Below, piece after piece: positions 24,101 to 33,777 of a stretch of 64,000 nucleotides of DNA (position 1 is its first letter; the number at the start of each line of letters is the position of its first letter). The position numbers were made by a program, and so were the translations under genes. The DNA is from Candidatus Cloacimonadales bacterium. Lineage in GTDB: Bacteria; Cloacimonadota; Cloacimonadia; Cloacimonadales; JAFGVF01. The stretch spans positions 2,208,001 through 2,272,000 of the forward strand of contig OY759729.1 in the NCBI GenBank assembly GCA_963662585.1, given 5' to 3'. Under the pieces are notes generated by a model that saw only the letters and a list, made by a program, of their open reading frames with translations, was not told where the DNA came from and ran no database searches.

Positions 24101-27100
24101 CGATGATGAATATGGATACTTCCCTGATCCTGCTCCAATGTTAGGACAGGTTTATTCTTACATTACAGGTATTATTGACTACAAATATGGCTCATTTGGT
24201 ATTAGCCCAAGAGACGCTAACGATCTTCAACTTGATTCATCTGTAAATCAATTACCTCTTGTAAGCAATGTTTCTCATTCACCTCTAACTGTCTATGCAG
24301 CTGATGCAGTTACTGTTACAGCTGATGCTATAGATAATGATGGTACTATTGCTACTATCAATCTCAAGTGGGGAATTGAAACAGGTGTCTATACTACAAC
24401 TACTGCAATGACTCCTTCCAGAGCTACTTATACAGCTGATATTCCTGCTCAAGTAGAAGGAACTTCAGTATATTATATTGTTGAAGCTACTGATGATGAT
24501 AGTGGCTTAACCACAAGTGAAGAAGGATCTTATACAGTGAACGCTGAACCTGCTGAAGGTGCAGCAACTGACCTTTTCATTTCTGAATATTGTGAGCCAG
24601 ATGGTGGAAACACTAAATATATCGAAATCTTCAATGGTACAGGTAATCCGGTAGATCTTTCAGCTTACTCTATTAGTAAGATAACTAATGGTGGAAACTG
24701 GGACGAGGCTACTTTAGCTCTTTCTGGTACTTTAGCTAATAATGATGTCTATATTATCGCTAATACTGGTTCTGATGCTACTGTCCTTGCTGTAGCAGAT
24801 TATACTGAAGGAAGTATTACTACCTTTAGTGGTGATGATGCAATTGGTTTAGCCAAAAACGGCACTGTTATTGATGCTGTAGGTACTGAAGGTTCTGATC
24901 CTGGTTCAGGCTGGAATGTAGCCGGTGTTACTAATGCTACTGCAAACCACACCATAGTTAGAAAATCTTCTGTACAATCACCAACCACAGATTGGACTGC
25001 TTCCGCTGGTACAGATGCAAGTGATTCACAGTGGATAGTCTATGATGCTAATACTTATACCTATGCAGGATCACATTTGTTTGGTGATGCTGAAATGGTT
25101 GCTACACCTTCTATCTCTCCTACATCAGGTCAATATGATGACCAGGTAGAAGTTTCTATCACATGTGAAACACTTGGTGCAACTATCTATTATACAACAA
25201 ATGGTGATGACCCAACCACAGCTTCTGATGTTTATTCAGAACCATTTACTTTAACAGCTGATGCTACTGTGAAAGCTTTTGCTACTCTTGTAGATTATGT
25301 TGATAGTGCTATTGCTACTGAAGTTTATACTGTTGTTGATACTAGTAGTATTCCTAGTGGTATGATTATCTCTGAGTATATAGAAGGTTCAAGTAGTAAC
25401 AAAGCTATTGAAATCTATAATGGAACAGGTGCTGAAGTTGACCTTACACCTTATATTGTTAGAATTGGTTTTAATGGTGGAGCTTGGTCTACAACTGCTT
25501 ACGATATGACTGGTACTTTAGCTGCAGGTGATGTTTTTGTAATCTCCAATTCAGGAGCGGATGCAGGAATTAGTGCTGTTTCTGATGTAACAAGCGGTGT
25601 TTGTAATTTCAACGGTGATGATGCTCTCGCACTTTTCTATAATGATATCATAATTGATGTTATTGGTGTTCAAGGCATAGATCCTGGTACTGATTGGGAT
25701 GTTGCGGGTGGTGCTGGAACCACAGCTGATTATACCCTTGTAAGAAAACTTACTGTTACTGAAGGTACAACTGATTGGGCTGTCTCAGCTGGTACAGATG
25801 AAACAAGTTCACAGTGGAATATATATCCACAAGATACATTTGCTTATTTAGGATCTTATGGTGTGGAACCAACTCCTACAGTTGCAACACCTGAATTTAC
25901 CCCAACTGCTGGTTCTTATAATGACCAAGTTGTAGTAACTATTACTTGTGCAACTGAAGGTGCTGCTATCTATTATACTTTAGATGGTACAGACCCAACT
26001 ACAGGCTCACTTGTATATTCTAGTGAAATTACTATCACAGAAGATACAACTGTAAAAGCCTTTGCTACTTTAGTTGATTATGATGATTCTGCAATTGCTA
26101 CTGCTGAATATACTATCACTTCAATCACTGCTACTGATGTAGCTGATATCGCAAGCTTAAGAGCTGGTGCTACTGATGGTACAATCTATAGATTAACTGG
26201 TGAAGCTTTTATTACTTATCAAAGATCTACTCGTAATCAAAAATATATCCAAGATGCTACTGCTGCTATCTTAATTGATGATAATAATGGTGTTATTACT
26301 ACTACTTATAATCAATATGACGGGATTACTAATATTGAAGGTACTCTTAACCTGTATAATGGCTTACTTCAATTTATTCCTACAGCAGACCCTGGTAATG
26401 CTACTTCAATAGAAAATAGTATTACTCCTCTTACTGTATCAATTACTGATATTACTTCTGCAATTGATACTTATGAATCAAGATTAGTTAAATTAGAAAA
26501 TGTTAACTTCTCTTCCACAGGTACTTTTGCTGCAAATAACAACTATACACTTACAGACGGCACAGATAATCTTACATTTAGAACTTCTTTCTATGAAGCA
26601 GATTATATTGGAGAAGCTGTCTTTACTAGCAATTTAGATGTTATTGCTTTAGTAGCAGAATACAATGGTAATGCTCAAATCGTCTCTAGAGACCTTGCAG
26701 ACTTTACAGAACTTGCTGGTCCTTCAATAGTAGCAACTCCTGAAATAACTCCTGCTACAGGAACTTATTATACAGAACAAGAAGTTACTATTATTTCTGC
26801 TACAGCTGAGGCAACTATCTATTATACTATAGATGGTAATGACCCAACAACTTCTTCTTTAGAATATACTGCTCCTTTCACTGTAACTGCTACAACTACT
26901 GTTAAAGCTTTTGCTGTGAAAGCAGATATGACAGACTCTGCAATTGCTGAATCTATCATTACTATCGAAGAGTTAAATATTACTCCTGGTATGATTATTT
27001 CTGAATATATTGAAGGTTCTTCTAACCATAAAGCTATCGAAATCTATAATGGTACTGGTGAAGATGTTGATTTAACACCTTACACAGTTAAATTAGGCTC

Positions 27101-29696
27101 AAACGGTGGTGATTGGGGTAATACTTGTGATATGACAGGTACTCTTGTAGCTGGTGATGTTTTCGTCATTGCTAATTCATCTGCTGATCCTTCAATCCTT
27201 GCTCTTGCAGACACTACAAGCAACATTACTTATTATAACGGTGATGATGCTGTAGGTCTTTTATACAACGATGTCTTGATTGATGTTATCGGTACTTACC
27301 AAACAGATCCAGGAGCTTCTTGGGATGTTGCTGGTGTAACAGGTGCTACTGTTGATCATACTTTAGTAAGAAAAAATTCTGTTACTCAAGGAACAACAGA
27401 TTGGGCTCTCTCTGCAGGAACAGATGAAACTGATTCTCAGTGGATTGTTTATCCTGTGAATACTTTCAACTATCTTGGTTACCATGGTATTGATGTGGTA
27501 GCTCTTCCTGAAATCTCACCTAATGGTGGTTCTTACACAGATGAAGTAGAAGTTTCTATTACTTGCTTAACTGATGGCGCAACTATCTATTATACTATTG
27601 ATGGAAGCGACCCAACTACTTCTTCTTTAGAATATACAGCTCCATTTAGCTTAAATGCTGATGCTACTGTTAAAGCCTTTGCTACTAAAGCTGATTATAA
27701 CGACAGTGAAATTGCTTCTGCTGACTTCACTATAGTTTCTGGTGGTGATATACCAACCGGAATGATTATCTCAGAATATATCGAAGGTGGCTCAAATAAT
27801 AAAGCTATCGAAATCTACAACGGTACTGGTGCAGAAGTTGATTTAACTCCTTATATCGTGAAACTTGGTTCTAATGGTGGTGACTGGGGTAATACTTGTG
27901 ATATGGTTGGTACCCTTGCAGCTGGTGATGTTTTCGTTATTGCAAACTCAGGATCTAATCCTGCTATCCTTGCCTTGGCTGATACCCTTAGTACTGTTAC
28001 CTATTTCAATGGTGATGATGCAATCGGACTCTTCTACAATGAAGTATTGATTGATCTTTTTGGTACTTATCAAACTGATCCTGGTACAGGTTGGGAAGTT
28101 GCTGGACTTACTAATGCTACTGTAGATCATACCTTAGTTAGAAAACTTACTGTTACTCAAGGTACAACTGACTGGGCTACTTCTGCTGGTACAGATGCTA
28201 ATGATTCTCAGTGGGTTATCTATCCAATCGATACAATTGCTATGTTAGGAAGTCATACTTCTCCTCTAGCAATAGTTGATGCTCCAGTGATCAATCCTGA
28301 TGGTGGAGATTATCAAGATGAAGTGGAAGTTTCAATTACTACAACTACTCCATCTGCTAATATCTATTATACTATAGATGGTTCTACTCCTACAGATGCT
28401 TCTCTGCTTTACTCTGCACCTTTCACTTTAACTGAAGATGCTACTGTTAAAGCTCTTGCTATGAAGGATGGAATGGTTACTTCTACTATGACTTCTGCTG
28501 TATTCACTGTTACTCAAGTAACATTTGAAGATGGTTTCACTATCTCAGAAACTGAATTTACTTTCACCTCTGAAGTTGGCGTTGAATCAGAAACTCAATC
28601 CTATACTATCTATATGCAAGCTGCTGAGCTTGGTCTTGTAGAAGTTACAGGTGATTTCCAGATTCAAGACCCTGATGGTGCTTGGGGAAGTGATTTCTTC
28701 TTTGAACTTGTAGATGAAGAAGTTACTATCAATGTGAAATTCAATGCTACTAATGCTGGAACTGTCTATGGTCAAATTATTCATTCTATCGATGGTTTCG
28801 ATGATGTTATTATTGAACTTACAGGTACTGGAACAGAAGTTCTTCCAACTTCTATCTATGATATTCAGTTCGTAGCTGATCCTACAACTAATGAAGCTTC
28901 TGCTTATGATGGACAAGAAGTTATCGTTGAAGGTATTGTTACTGCTAATAACTATGGTGGAAAATACTTTATCTCATCTCCTGAAGGTGGTGCTTGGAAT
29001 GCTATCTTCGTTTATGATACTGCTAATGACCCTGCTCTTGGTGATTTAGTTAGAATCAGAGCTACTGTTGATGAATATTATAACTGGACTGAACTTGTTT
29101 CAGTTACAGAATATGAAGTTCTTTCTTCTGGAAATACTATTCCTGCTCCTGTGGTTATTACAACTGCTGAACTTGCTTCTATGGAAGCTTATGAAAGCGT
29201 TTTAGTTACTATCGAGAATGTTACTGTTTCAATTATTGCTAATAGCTTCGGCGAATGGTATGTAACAGATGGTTCTGGTGATGCTCAAATCGATGATGGT
29301 TGCTATGTAATAGATCCTGCCGTTGCAGTAGATGATACTTTCATCTCTATTACTGGTGTGGTTGATTTCTCACATAGTAATTATGGCTTGAATCCACGCG
29401 ATGCTAATGATATAGTAACTACTCCTCTTGTAACTGAGTTAGATACTCCTGTTATTACTTCAATGACTAAAGTTGAAACTGGACTCAAGATTTCTTGGGA
29501 GCCTGTAGAAAATGCTAACTATTACTATGTTTATGTTTCTGCTCTTCCTGAAGGTCCTTTTACTCTTCTTACTGATGAACCAACAGAAGTAGAGGTTGAA
29601 GGAACAGTTGTAGTAGAATACATTTATCCTGCTGTTGATGGTATGAAATTCTTCAAATTACGAGCTTCTACCGTCCCTATGCCAGTAGCTAAATAA
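21153..29696 (+). CDS. Giant secreted endonuclease I-domain protein with PKD, LTD, OB-fold and FN3-associated repeats
   Basis: GTG start after GGAGG; signal peptide; 2 PKD (WDFD.D); EndA-like motifs (CEHSFAQSW, DVHHLFPT, NSSRGN, KGDLARALLYM, NRNPFVDHPE); 4 ISEY.E LTDs; 6 IYYT..G..P modules. Confidence 0.9.
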   Translation: MKRYLNVFIVLIMMLSITSLMADTWTETFDDIATGSYLTGDVVISSRTWTAKDAGNFSYANTNMGSYAFTINDDKAGAYITTPVLNTIGTVSFKYAYLNGNDTNVFVLQKSYDNTNFVDLDTHTLGAESNLAYVNYSFEVNDSATEVYIRILSDGQNAHLFIEDFTVTDAGGTTPTALSADFTADITTGETPLTVNFTPAVTGGTEPYGYAWDFDNDNSVDSTDENPSYTYNTAGTFSVKLTVTDGALATDIEEKVDYITTVEPTSEDELMSNGNLELWDNSTTPTDWDKRESLQQEGTIVHSGSYSAKQTAGTKDLGQYVEGIVGGETYTISYWYLDNDTNAKSRIWSNWRSGTSNLSDDDDVLKPSTYSIDSSEWQQITYTLTAPATADNFYFEVRSYNDNSGGGVIYYDDFSVMGAGGTSPDLLSVDFEADVLTGQVPLTVNFTNLVTGGVSPYGYSWDFDGDNSEDSDAANPSYTYYAVGTYPVKLYVVDSGTSDGTEYKTAYITVTTAGGDTYYSGITATEGEALKTQLAALISTNTSTSYDGARAAMYSNIDNINNTVTCVYTGLEVPHNYGDTSAPTDINCEHSFAQSWIEDYLLDTTTENRAKADVHHLFPTDSGVNSSRGNLSFDNVNSVEYSYSFATGYTSYRGTNADGVTVFEPADQHKGDLARALLYMSVRYDLPLAPPVPNPGPINVNMLATLLEWNSADPVDAAEITRNDEIEDYQTNRNPFVDHPEWVNAIWGGEPVYTCSIPTMNPAGGTFDSVQSVTLSTLTADADIYYTTNGDTPTSASTLYSGAIEVATNMTIKAIAVKTGWNDSQMASESYVINIIPTVSIYDIQFVADPVTSDVSAYEGQTVNVTGIVTAVSSSGFNISAPAGGAWNGILVYNNTANPTIGDQVTFNGEVDEYSYLTELKNINGFQVLSQGNSVTPTVITTAQASTEAYEGVLVTVETVTVTEEASTYNEWLVSDGSGDIQIDDEYGYFPDPAPMLGQVYSYITGIIDYKYGSFGISPRDANDLQLDSSVNQLPLVSNVSHSPLTVYAADAVTVTADAIDNDGTIATINLKWGIETGVYTTTTAMTPSRATYTADIPAQVEGTSVYYIVEATDDDSGLTTSEEGSYTVNAEPAEGAATDLFISEYCEPDGGNTKYIEIFNGTGNPVDLSAYSISKITNGGNWDEATLALSGTLANNDVYIIANTGSDATVLAVADYTEGSITTFSGDDAIGLAKNGTVIDAVGTEGSDPGSGWNVAGVTNATANHTIVRKSSVQSPTTDWTASAGTDASDSQWIVYDANTYTYAGSHLFGDAEMVATPSISPTSGQYDDQVEVSITCETLGATIYYTTNGDDPTTASDVYSEPFTLTADATVKAFATLVDYVDSAIATEVYTVVDTSSIPSGMIISEYIEGSSSNKAIEIYNGTGAEVDLTPYIVRIGFNGGAWSTTAYDMTGTLAAGDVFVISNSGADAGISAVSDVTSGVCNFNGDDALALFYNDIIIDVIGVQGIDPGTDWDVAGGAGTTADYTLVRKLTVTEGTTDWAVSAGTDETSSQWNIYPQDTFAYLGSYGVEPTPTVATPEFTPTAGSYNDQVVVTITCATEGAAIYYTLDGTDPTTGSLVYSSEITITEDTTVKAFATLVDYDDSAIATAEYTITSITATDVADIASLRAGATDGTIYRLTGEAFITYQRSTRNQKYIQDATAAILIDDNNGVITTTYNQYDGITNIEGTLNLYNGLLQFIPTADPGNATSIENSITPLTVSITDITSAIDTYESRLVKLENVNFSSTGTFAANNNYTLTDGTDNLTFRTSFYEADYIGEAVFTSNLDVIALVAEYNGNAQIVSRDLADFTELAGPSIVATPEITPATGTYYTEQEVTIISATAEATIYYTIDGNDPTTSSLEYTAPFTVTATTTVKAFAVKADMTDSAIAESIITIEELNITPGMIISEYIEGSSNHKAIEIYNGTGEDVDLTPYTVKLGSNGGDWGNTCDMTGTLVAGDVFVIANSSADPSILALADTTSNITYYNGDDAVGLLYNDVLIDVIGTYQTDPGASWDVAGVTGATVDHTLVRKNSVTQGTTDWALSAGTDETDSQWIVYPVNTFNYLGYHGIDVVALPEISPNGGSYTDEVEVSITCLTDGATIYYTIDGSDPTTSSLEYTAPFSLNADATVKAFATKADYNDSEIASADFTIVSGGDIPTGMIISEYIEGGSNNKAIEIYNGTGAEVDLTPYIVKLGSNGGDWGNTCDMVGTLAAGDVFVIANSGSNPAILALADTLSTVTYFNGDDAIGLFYNEVLIDLFGTYQTDPGTGWEVAGLTNATVDHTLVRKLTVTQGTTDWATSAGTDANDSQWVIYPIDTIAMLGSHTSPLAIVDAPVINPDGGDYQDEVEVSITTTTPSANIYYTIDGSTPTDASLLYSAPFTLTEDATVKALAMKDGMVTSTMTSAVFTVTQVTFEDGFTISETEFTFTSEVGVESETQSYTIYMQAAELGLVEVTGDFQIQDPDGAWGSDFFFELVDEEVTINVKFNATNAGTVYGQIIHSIDGFDDVIIELTGTGTEVLPTSIYDIQFVADPTTNEASAYDGQEVIVEGIVTANNYGGKYFISSPEGGAWNAIFVYDTANDPALGDLVRIRATVDEYYNWTELVSVTEYEVLSSGNTIPAPVVITTAELASMEAYESVLVTIENVTVSIIANSFGEWYVTDGSGDAQIDDGCYVIDPAVAVDDTFISITGVVDFSHSNYGLNPRDANDIVTTPLVTELDTPVITSMTKVETGLKISWEPVENANYYYVYVSALPEGPFTLLTDEPTEVEVEGTVVVEYIYPAVDGMKFFKLRASTVPMPVAK

Positions 29697-29705
29697 TAAA
29701 TAAAT

Positions 29706-30046
29706 AACTGGGAGCGCCGGCATCCTTGCCGGCATCTTCCTAACTGGGAACGCGGGATTCCAGCCCGCTCTTCTCTTAATAAATTAAAGCCCTGCGAATG
29801 CAGGGCTTTAATTTTTGGGAGGGCGAAAGATGTTTCGCCCCTACATTTGTGTAATTCGTGTAATTAGTGGATAGATTCTCTAACTGGGAACCCCTCTTAA
29901 ATCCCCCTCCGTGAGGGGGACACAGGGGGTGTTCTCTTCTAACAGGAAGCACATGCTTCCCCTAATTCCCCTCTGTGGAGGGGTGGCAGTGTATTTCACT
30001 GACGGGGTGGTCTCTTCTAACTGGGAGCGCCGGCATCCTTGGCTGC
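29706..30046. repeat. REP cluster (ACTGGG-, GTAG- and CCCCCTC-type palindromes)
   Basis: ACTGGGAGCGCCGGCATCCTTGCCGGC, ACTGGGAACGCGGGATTCCAGCCCGC, GGGCGAAA..TTTCGCCCCTAC, ATCCCCCTCCGTGAGGGGGA. Confidence 0.88.
29781..29816 (+). terminator. Intrinsic terminator
   Basis: AAATTAAAGCCCTGC-GAAT-GCAGGGCTTTAATTTTT. Confidence 0.85.
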
Positions 30047-30055
30047 ATATTTTCT

Positions 30056-30349
30056 TTACTCTTCTCTATTATGAAATTCCTTTATAAACAAATGCCAAGG
30101 ATTCTTATAAACTCCCTCCTTTTTCATCCTCTGTTTCAAACTCTTAAGTTCAGCATCACTAAGGGCTTGGTAGCTTGCCGAAGCATTAGAAGAAGTCTGC
30201 CCAAACTGTATATTATTTTCCACAATTTTAGGTTGGTTTTTCTTCTTTACTCGATAATAATAGGTATTTGGGTTATCAACAATACTTAATCCATCAGCTC
30301 TCATTTTTGCTCTCAATCCACGCGGGATTTCCAATTTAACAATTGCCAT
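30056..30349 (-). CDS. Small basic hypothetical protein
   Basis: 97 aa, AAGGAG RBS, Lys/Arg-rich, no signal peptide. Confidence 0.7.
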   Translation of the reverse strand: MAIVKLEIPRGLRAKMRADGLSIVDNPNTYYYRVKKKNQPKIVENNIQFGQTSSNASASYQALSDAELKSLKQRMKKEGVYKNPWHLFIKEFHNREE

Positions 30350-30521
30350 CTTTGGCTCCTTATATTTTATTTGGGCTAATTATTCAACCCTTCATAAATC
30401 TATAGGGCCCACTTTTTCCGAAAATGGTCCAGTTTTTGAAAAAAAGATGAAAAAAGTTGAAATTTTTCTAGGAATTGACCCGAATGTAGGCGCTATGGAA
30501 TGGAAGGGTCCCTGCTTCCAT

Positions 30522-31011
30522 TAACTGGGGTTACGGACCTTTAGTCCGTGAATCTTAAATTCTGGGGTTACGGACCTTTAATCCGTGAATCTTAAATTCT
30601 GGGGTTACGGACCTTTATTCCGTGAATCTTAAATTCTGGGGTTACGGACCTTTATTCCGTGAATCTTAAATTCCCCGCTTTAGTGCTGAAAGCACGCTAA
30701 AAGAGGGGTGGCATCGAAGATGACGGGGTGTTTCTTAAAATCCCCCTCCGCGAGGGGGACAAAAAGGGGGTGTTCTCTTCTCTTCCTAACTGGGAACGCG
30801 GGATTCCAGCCCGCACAACCATTCACGAAGGTGAGTGGTGGTAGTTGAAAAGTTGTAGTCGGAAGTCGCTACTCCGTGAGCAACTCCCGTCATACTTTAC
30901 TCTTCACTAAAAAAAAGAGGGGTGGCATCGAAGATGACGGGGTGTTTCTTAAAATCCCCCTCCGCGAGGGGGACAAAAGGGGGTGTTCTCTTCCTAACTG
31001 GGAACGCGGGA
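30522..31011. repeat. Composite REP cluster including a 4x37-bp tandem array
   Basis: CTGGGGTTACGGACCTTTA.TCCGTGAATCTTAAATT at 30525, 30562, 30599 and 30636, followed by duplicated CCCCCTCCGCGAGGGGG/ACTGGG units. Confidence 0.9.
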
Positions 31012-32730
31012 CAGACTGTGTGAAAATAGATATGTCAACATGTATAAATGTTTAATTAATGTATTTATTTTCTTGACAAACAGAACATTATATTTATATT
31101 GGAAACATAAATATAGGAGAAATATTATGGACTATAAACAAGGCAAAGACAGACATCAAATTCAGTTTTTAACCTATGATTCTTTAATAGGAGAAAATCA
31201 CCTTGTAAGAGTACTAGATCACTTTATAGACGGGCTCGATCTAGAGAAGTTTAATTTTACCTACACAAAACCAAAACGAGTTGGTAGAAAAGCTTATAAT
31301 CCTAAATTCATGTTAAAATTGTATGTCTATGGATATCTTAGAGGAATTGTATCAAGTCGAAAATTAGAGTTAGCTACTCACGAAAATATTCCATTTATAT
31401 GGCTAATGAAAGAACTAAAACCTGATTTTAAAACAATAGCTGATTTCAGAAAAAACAATGTAAAAAATATTAAATCCGTATTTATGGAATTCAATAAATA
31501 CTCGGTATATATGAATTTAATTGACTTTGAATTATTAGCTATAGATGGTACTTTTATTGATGCAGTTAACCATAATTCTAAAAATATATCAATAAACAAA
31601 ATAAACACAATTTTGAAGAAAATAGAAGCTAAATTTGATACATTTAATGAACAATATTCGACTAATGACAAAGAACAAGAATCAAAAAATGATAAAAATG
31701 AGCAACATTTAGAAAGTATTGAAAAATTAAAAGAAAAAGAAGAGTTTTATTTAAACTTAAAACAAGAGTTAAAGGATAAGGGTTTAACACAAATTTCATA
31801 TACAGATCCAGATAGTCGAATGATGCAAAAAGATGGAAGCAAGAGAGATGTATCGTATAATTGCCAAAGCGTAACAGACTCTAAAAACAATTTATTGTTA
31901 ATGGTTGATGCCTGTAGTGATAATACAGATGCGAAGCAACTTTACAGGATGTCTTCATTAACCAAAGAAGCCTATAATTTGTCAGAATTTTCAGTTGTCG
32001 CTGATAAGGGTTATGGTTTTGGTAGAGAGATAAAAAAATGTAATGAAGATGGTATTAAAACATATGTAACTATGCAAGATTCAGAGAAAATGAAAGGTAC
32101 TCCATTCGCAACCTCTAAGTTTAAATATGATAAAATTAATGATTGTGTTATTTGTCCTAACAATAGAACATTAATCGCTAGTAGAAAGAGAAATGCTGAT
32201 AGAGGTCATGAATATGGTAGTCGCAAAACATGCAAAGGTTGTCCAGATTTAAAAGCTTGTACTAATGACAATAAGCAACAATATAGAACATTTACATTGA
32301 ATCCTTATTATGAATATGTGGAGAAACAACTTGAAATTAATAAGGTAAGTAAGAATATACTAAGTCAACGAAAATGTATTGTTGAGCATCCTTTTGGAAC
32401 AATAAAAAGGGATATGAATCAGGGTAGATTTTTAACGAAAGGCTTAGAATCTGTTCGTGGTGAGTTTATGTTTACTGCACTGGCATATAATATTAAAAGA
32501 GTATTTAACATTCTCGGATTTAATAAAATGATGGACTCCATAAATGCCTTTTTTAGGAGAGGTTCGTCCAAAGCTGTCTATTTTGTCAAAAACATAGTAC
32601 TTTTGCTAAGAATAGCAATAAATATTGCCTTTTCGAGTGCTAAATTAGCCTGATACTCGAAATGAACAAAAAATCCAGATTTAAGTTTATCAAAACTCCC
32701 TTAAATCAAAAAGTGATTTCACACAGTCTG
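31012..32730 (+). mobile_element. IS1182-family insertion sequence, copy 2
   Basis: Same 14-bp TIRs, same length (offset 12443 bp), identical translated protein, same GGA duplication. Confidence 0.93.
31127..32653 (+). CDS. IS1182-family DDE transposase
   Basis: Protein identical to that of copy 1. Confidence 0.93.
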   Translation: MDYKQGKDRHQIQFLTYDSLIGENHLVRVLDHFIDGLDLEKFNFTYTKPKRVGRKAYNPKFMLKLYVYGYLRGIVSSRKLELATHENIPFIWLMKELKPDFKTIADFRKNNVKNIKSVFMEFNKYSVYMNLIDFELLAIDGTFIDAVNHNSKNISINKINTILKKIEAKFDTFNEQYSTNDKEQESKNDKNEQHLESIEKLKEKEEFYLNLKQELKDKGLTQISYTDPDSRMMQKDGSKRDVSYNCQSVTDSKNNLLLMVDACSDNTDAKQLYRMSSLTKEAYNLSEFSVVADKGYGFGREIKKCNEDGIKTYVTMQDSEKMKGTPFATSKFKYDKINDCVICPNNRTLIASRKRNADRGHEYGSRKTCKGCPDLKACTNDNKQQYRTFTLNPYYEYVEKQLEINKVSKNILSQRKCIVEHPFGTIKRDMNQGRFLTKGLESVRGEFMFTALAYNIKRVFNILGFNKMMDSINAFFRRGSSKAVYFVKNIVLLLRIAINIAFSSAKLA

Positions 32731-33024
32731 GGATTCCAGCCCGCACCACCATTCACGAAGGTGAGTGGTGGTAGTTGAAAAGTTGTTGTCGGAAGTCGCT
32801 ACTCCGTGAGCAACTCCCATCCCCCTCCGCGAGGGGGACACAGGGGGTGCTTTCTCTCTTCTTAATTCCTCCTCCCTAATAAACATCAGCTTGAAAATTC
32901 GAAAATAAAACGCTTTGAGTGAGAAGGAGCAAGGGAAGACCAGTCAAAATAACCTAGAAATCAGCAGATTATCAGCAAATTGTAGAAAAAATTAAAAAAA
33001 AAATTTAAAAAAAGAAAAAAAGAT

Positions 33025-33108
33025 TTGACAATCTTTATCTATATTCATAGTATGACATTGTAGTGGTGTGGTGACCAAAACAAAAAAAGAACTTATGGAG
33101 GTTCGTAT
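33025..33108 (+). promoter_or_regulatory. Promoter and short 5' leader with a GUGGUG-loop hairpin and an RBS hairpin
   Basis: A-tract, then TTGACA-17-TAGTAT; TGGT-[GTGGTG]-ACCA at 33064-33077; GAACTT-ATGG-AGGTTC covers the RBS. Confidence 0.65.
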
Positions 33109-33762
33109 ATGAAAAAGTTGCTTGTCTTAGCGCTTTTGATTGCGTCCGTAACTTTTATATTCGCTGTAGAATCAGAATTCAGCGATGTCGTCGGATATGT
33201 GAAATATGAATTAACTGCTGGTGATTATAATATGATCGCTTTGCCAATGGGAGATACTGGGATTACTACAACAGCCCAATTAGCAGCTGCTATCAGTCCT
33301 GATGTAACTGATATTTCAGTGTGGGATAATGAAACTCATGGTTGGAATCAATTTTCAACAGATACTCCTGGTGGATCATTTAATATTGCACCTGGAGATG
33401 CTTTTCTTATTTATTTGGCTGGAACAAGTAATGTTGATTTCTATTGTGCTGGAAATCTTCCAACTCAAGCTAATTATGACTTAGTTGCTAATGATTATCA
33501 TACTATGATGTTACCTCTTAATAGAAGTGATATAACTACAACTGCTCAATTTGCAGCAGCTATTGGAGATGGAATTACTGATATCTCTGTATGGAATAAT
33601 GAAACACATGGCTGGAGACAATTTTCAACAGATACTCCTGGTGGATCATTTAATATTAATATCGGTGATGGATTCTTAATCTTTTCAACTGATGTCTATA
33701 CTGGTTGGAATGCTCCAGCTAGCAGATCTATAACTACTAAGCGTGCATCTGCGCGTAAATAA
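33109..33762 (+). CDS. Small secreted protein with two internal ~75-aa repeats and a basic tail
   Basis: GGAGG RBS; signal peptide ending IFA; mature start VESEFSDVVGYVKY; duplicated TDISVW.NETHGW.QFSTDTPGGSFNI. Confidence 0.9.
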   Translation: MKKLLVLALLIASVTFIFAVESEFSDVVGYVKYELTAGDYNMIALPMGDTGITTTAQLAAAISPDVTDISVWDNETHGWNQFSTDTPGGSFNIAPGDAFLIYLAGTSNVDFYCAGNLPTQANYDLVANDYHTMMLPLNRSDITTTAQFAAAIGDGITDISVWNNETHGWRQFSTDTPGGSFNINIGDGFLIFSTDVYTGWNAPASRSITTKRASARK

Positions 33763-33777
33763 TATCGGGGAGAAAAA

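Noticed and set aside
30525..30672. 37-bp repeated palindrome resembling a CRISPR repeat
   Set aside because: Units are head-to-tail with no unique spacers, there are no cas genes, and it matches the ACTGGG REP family
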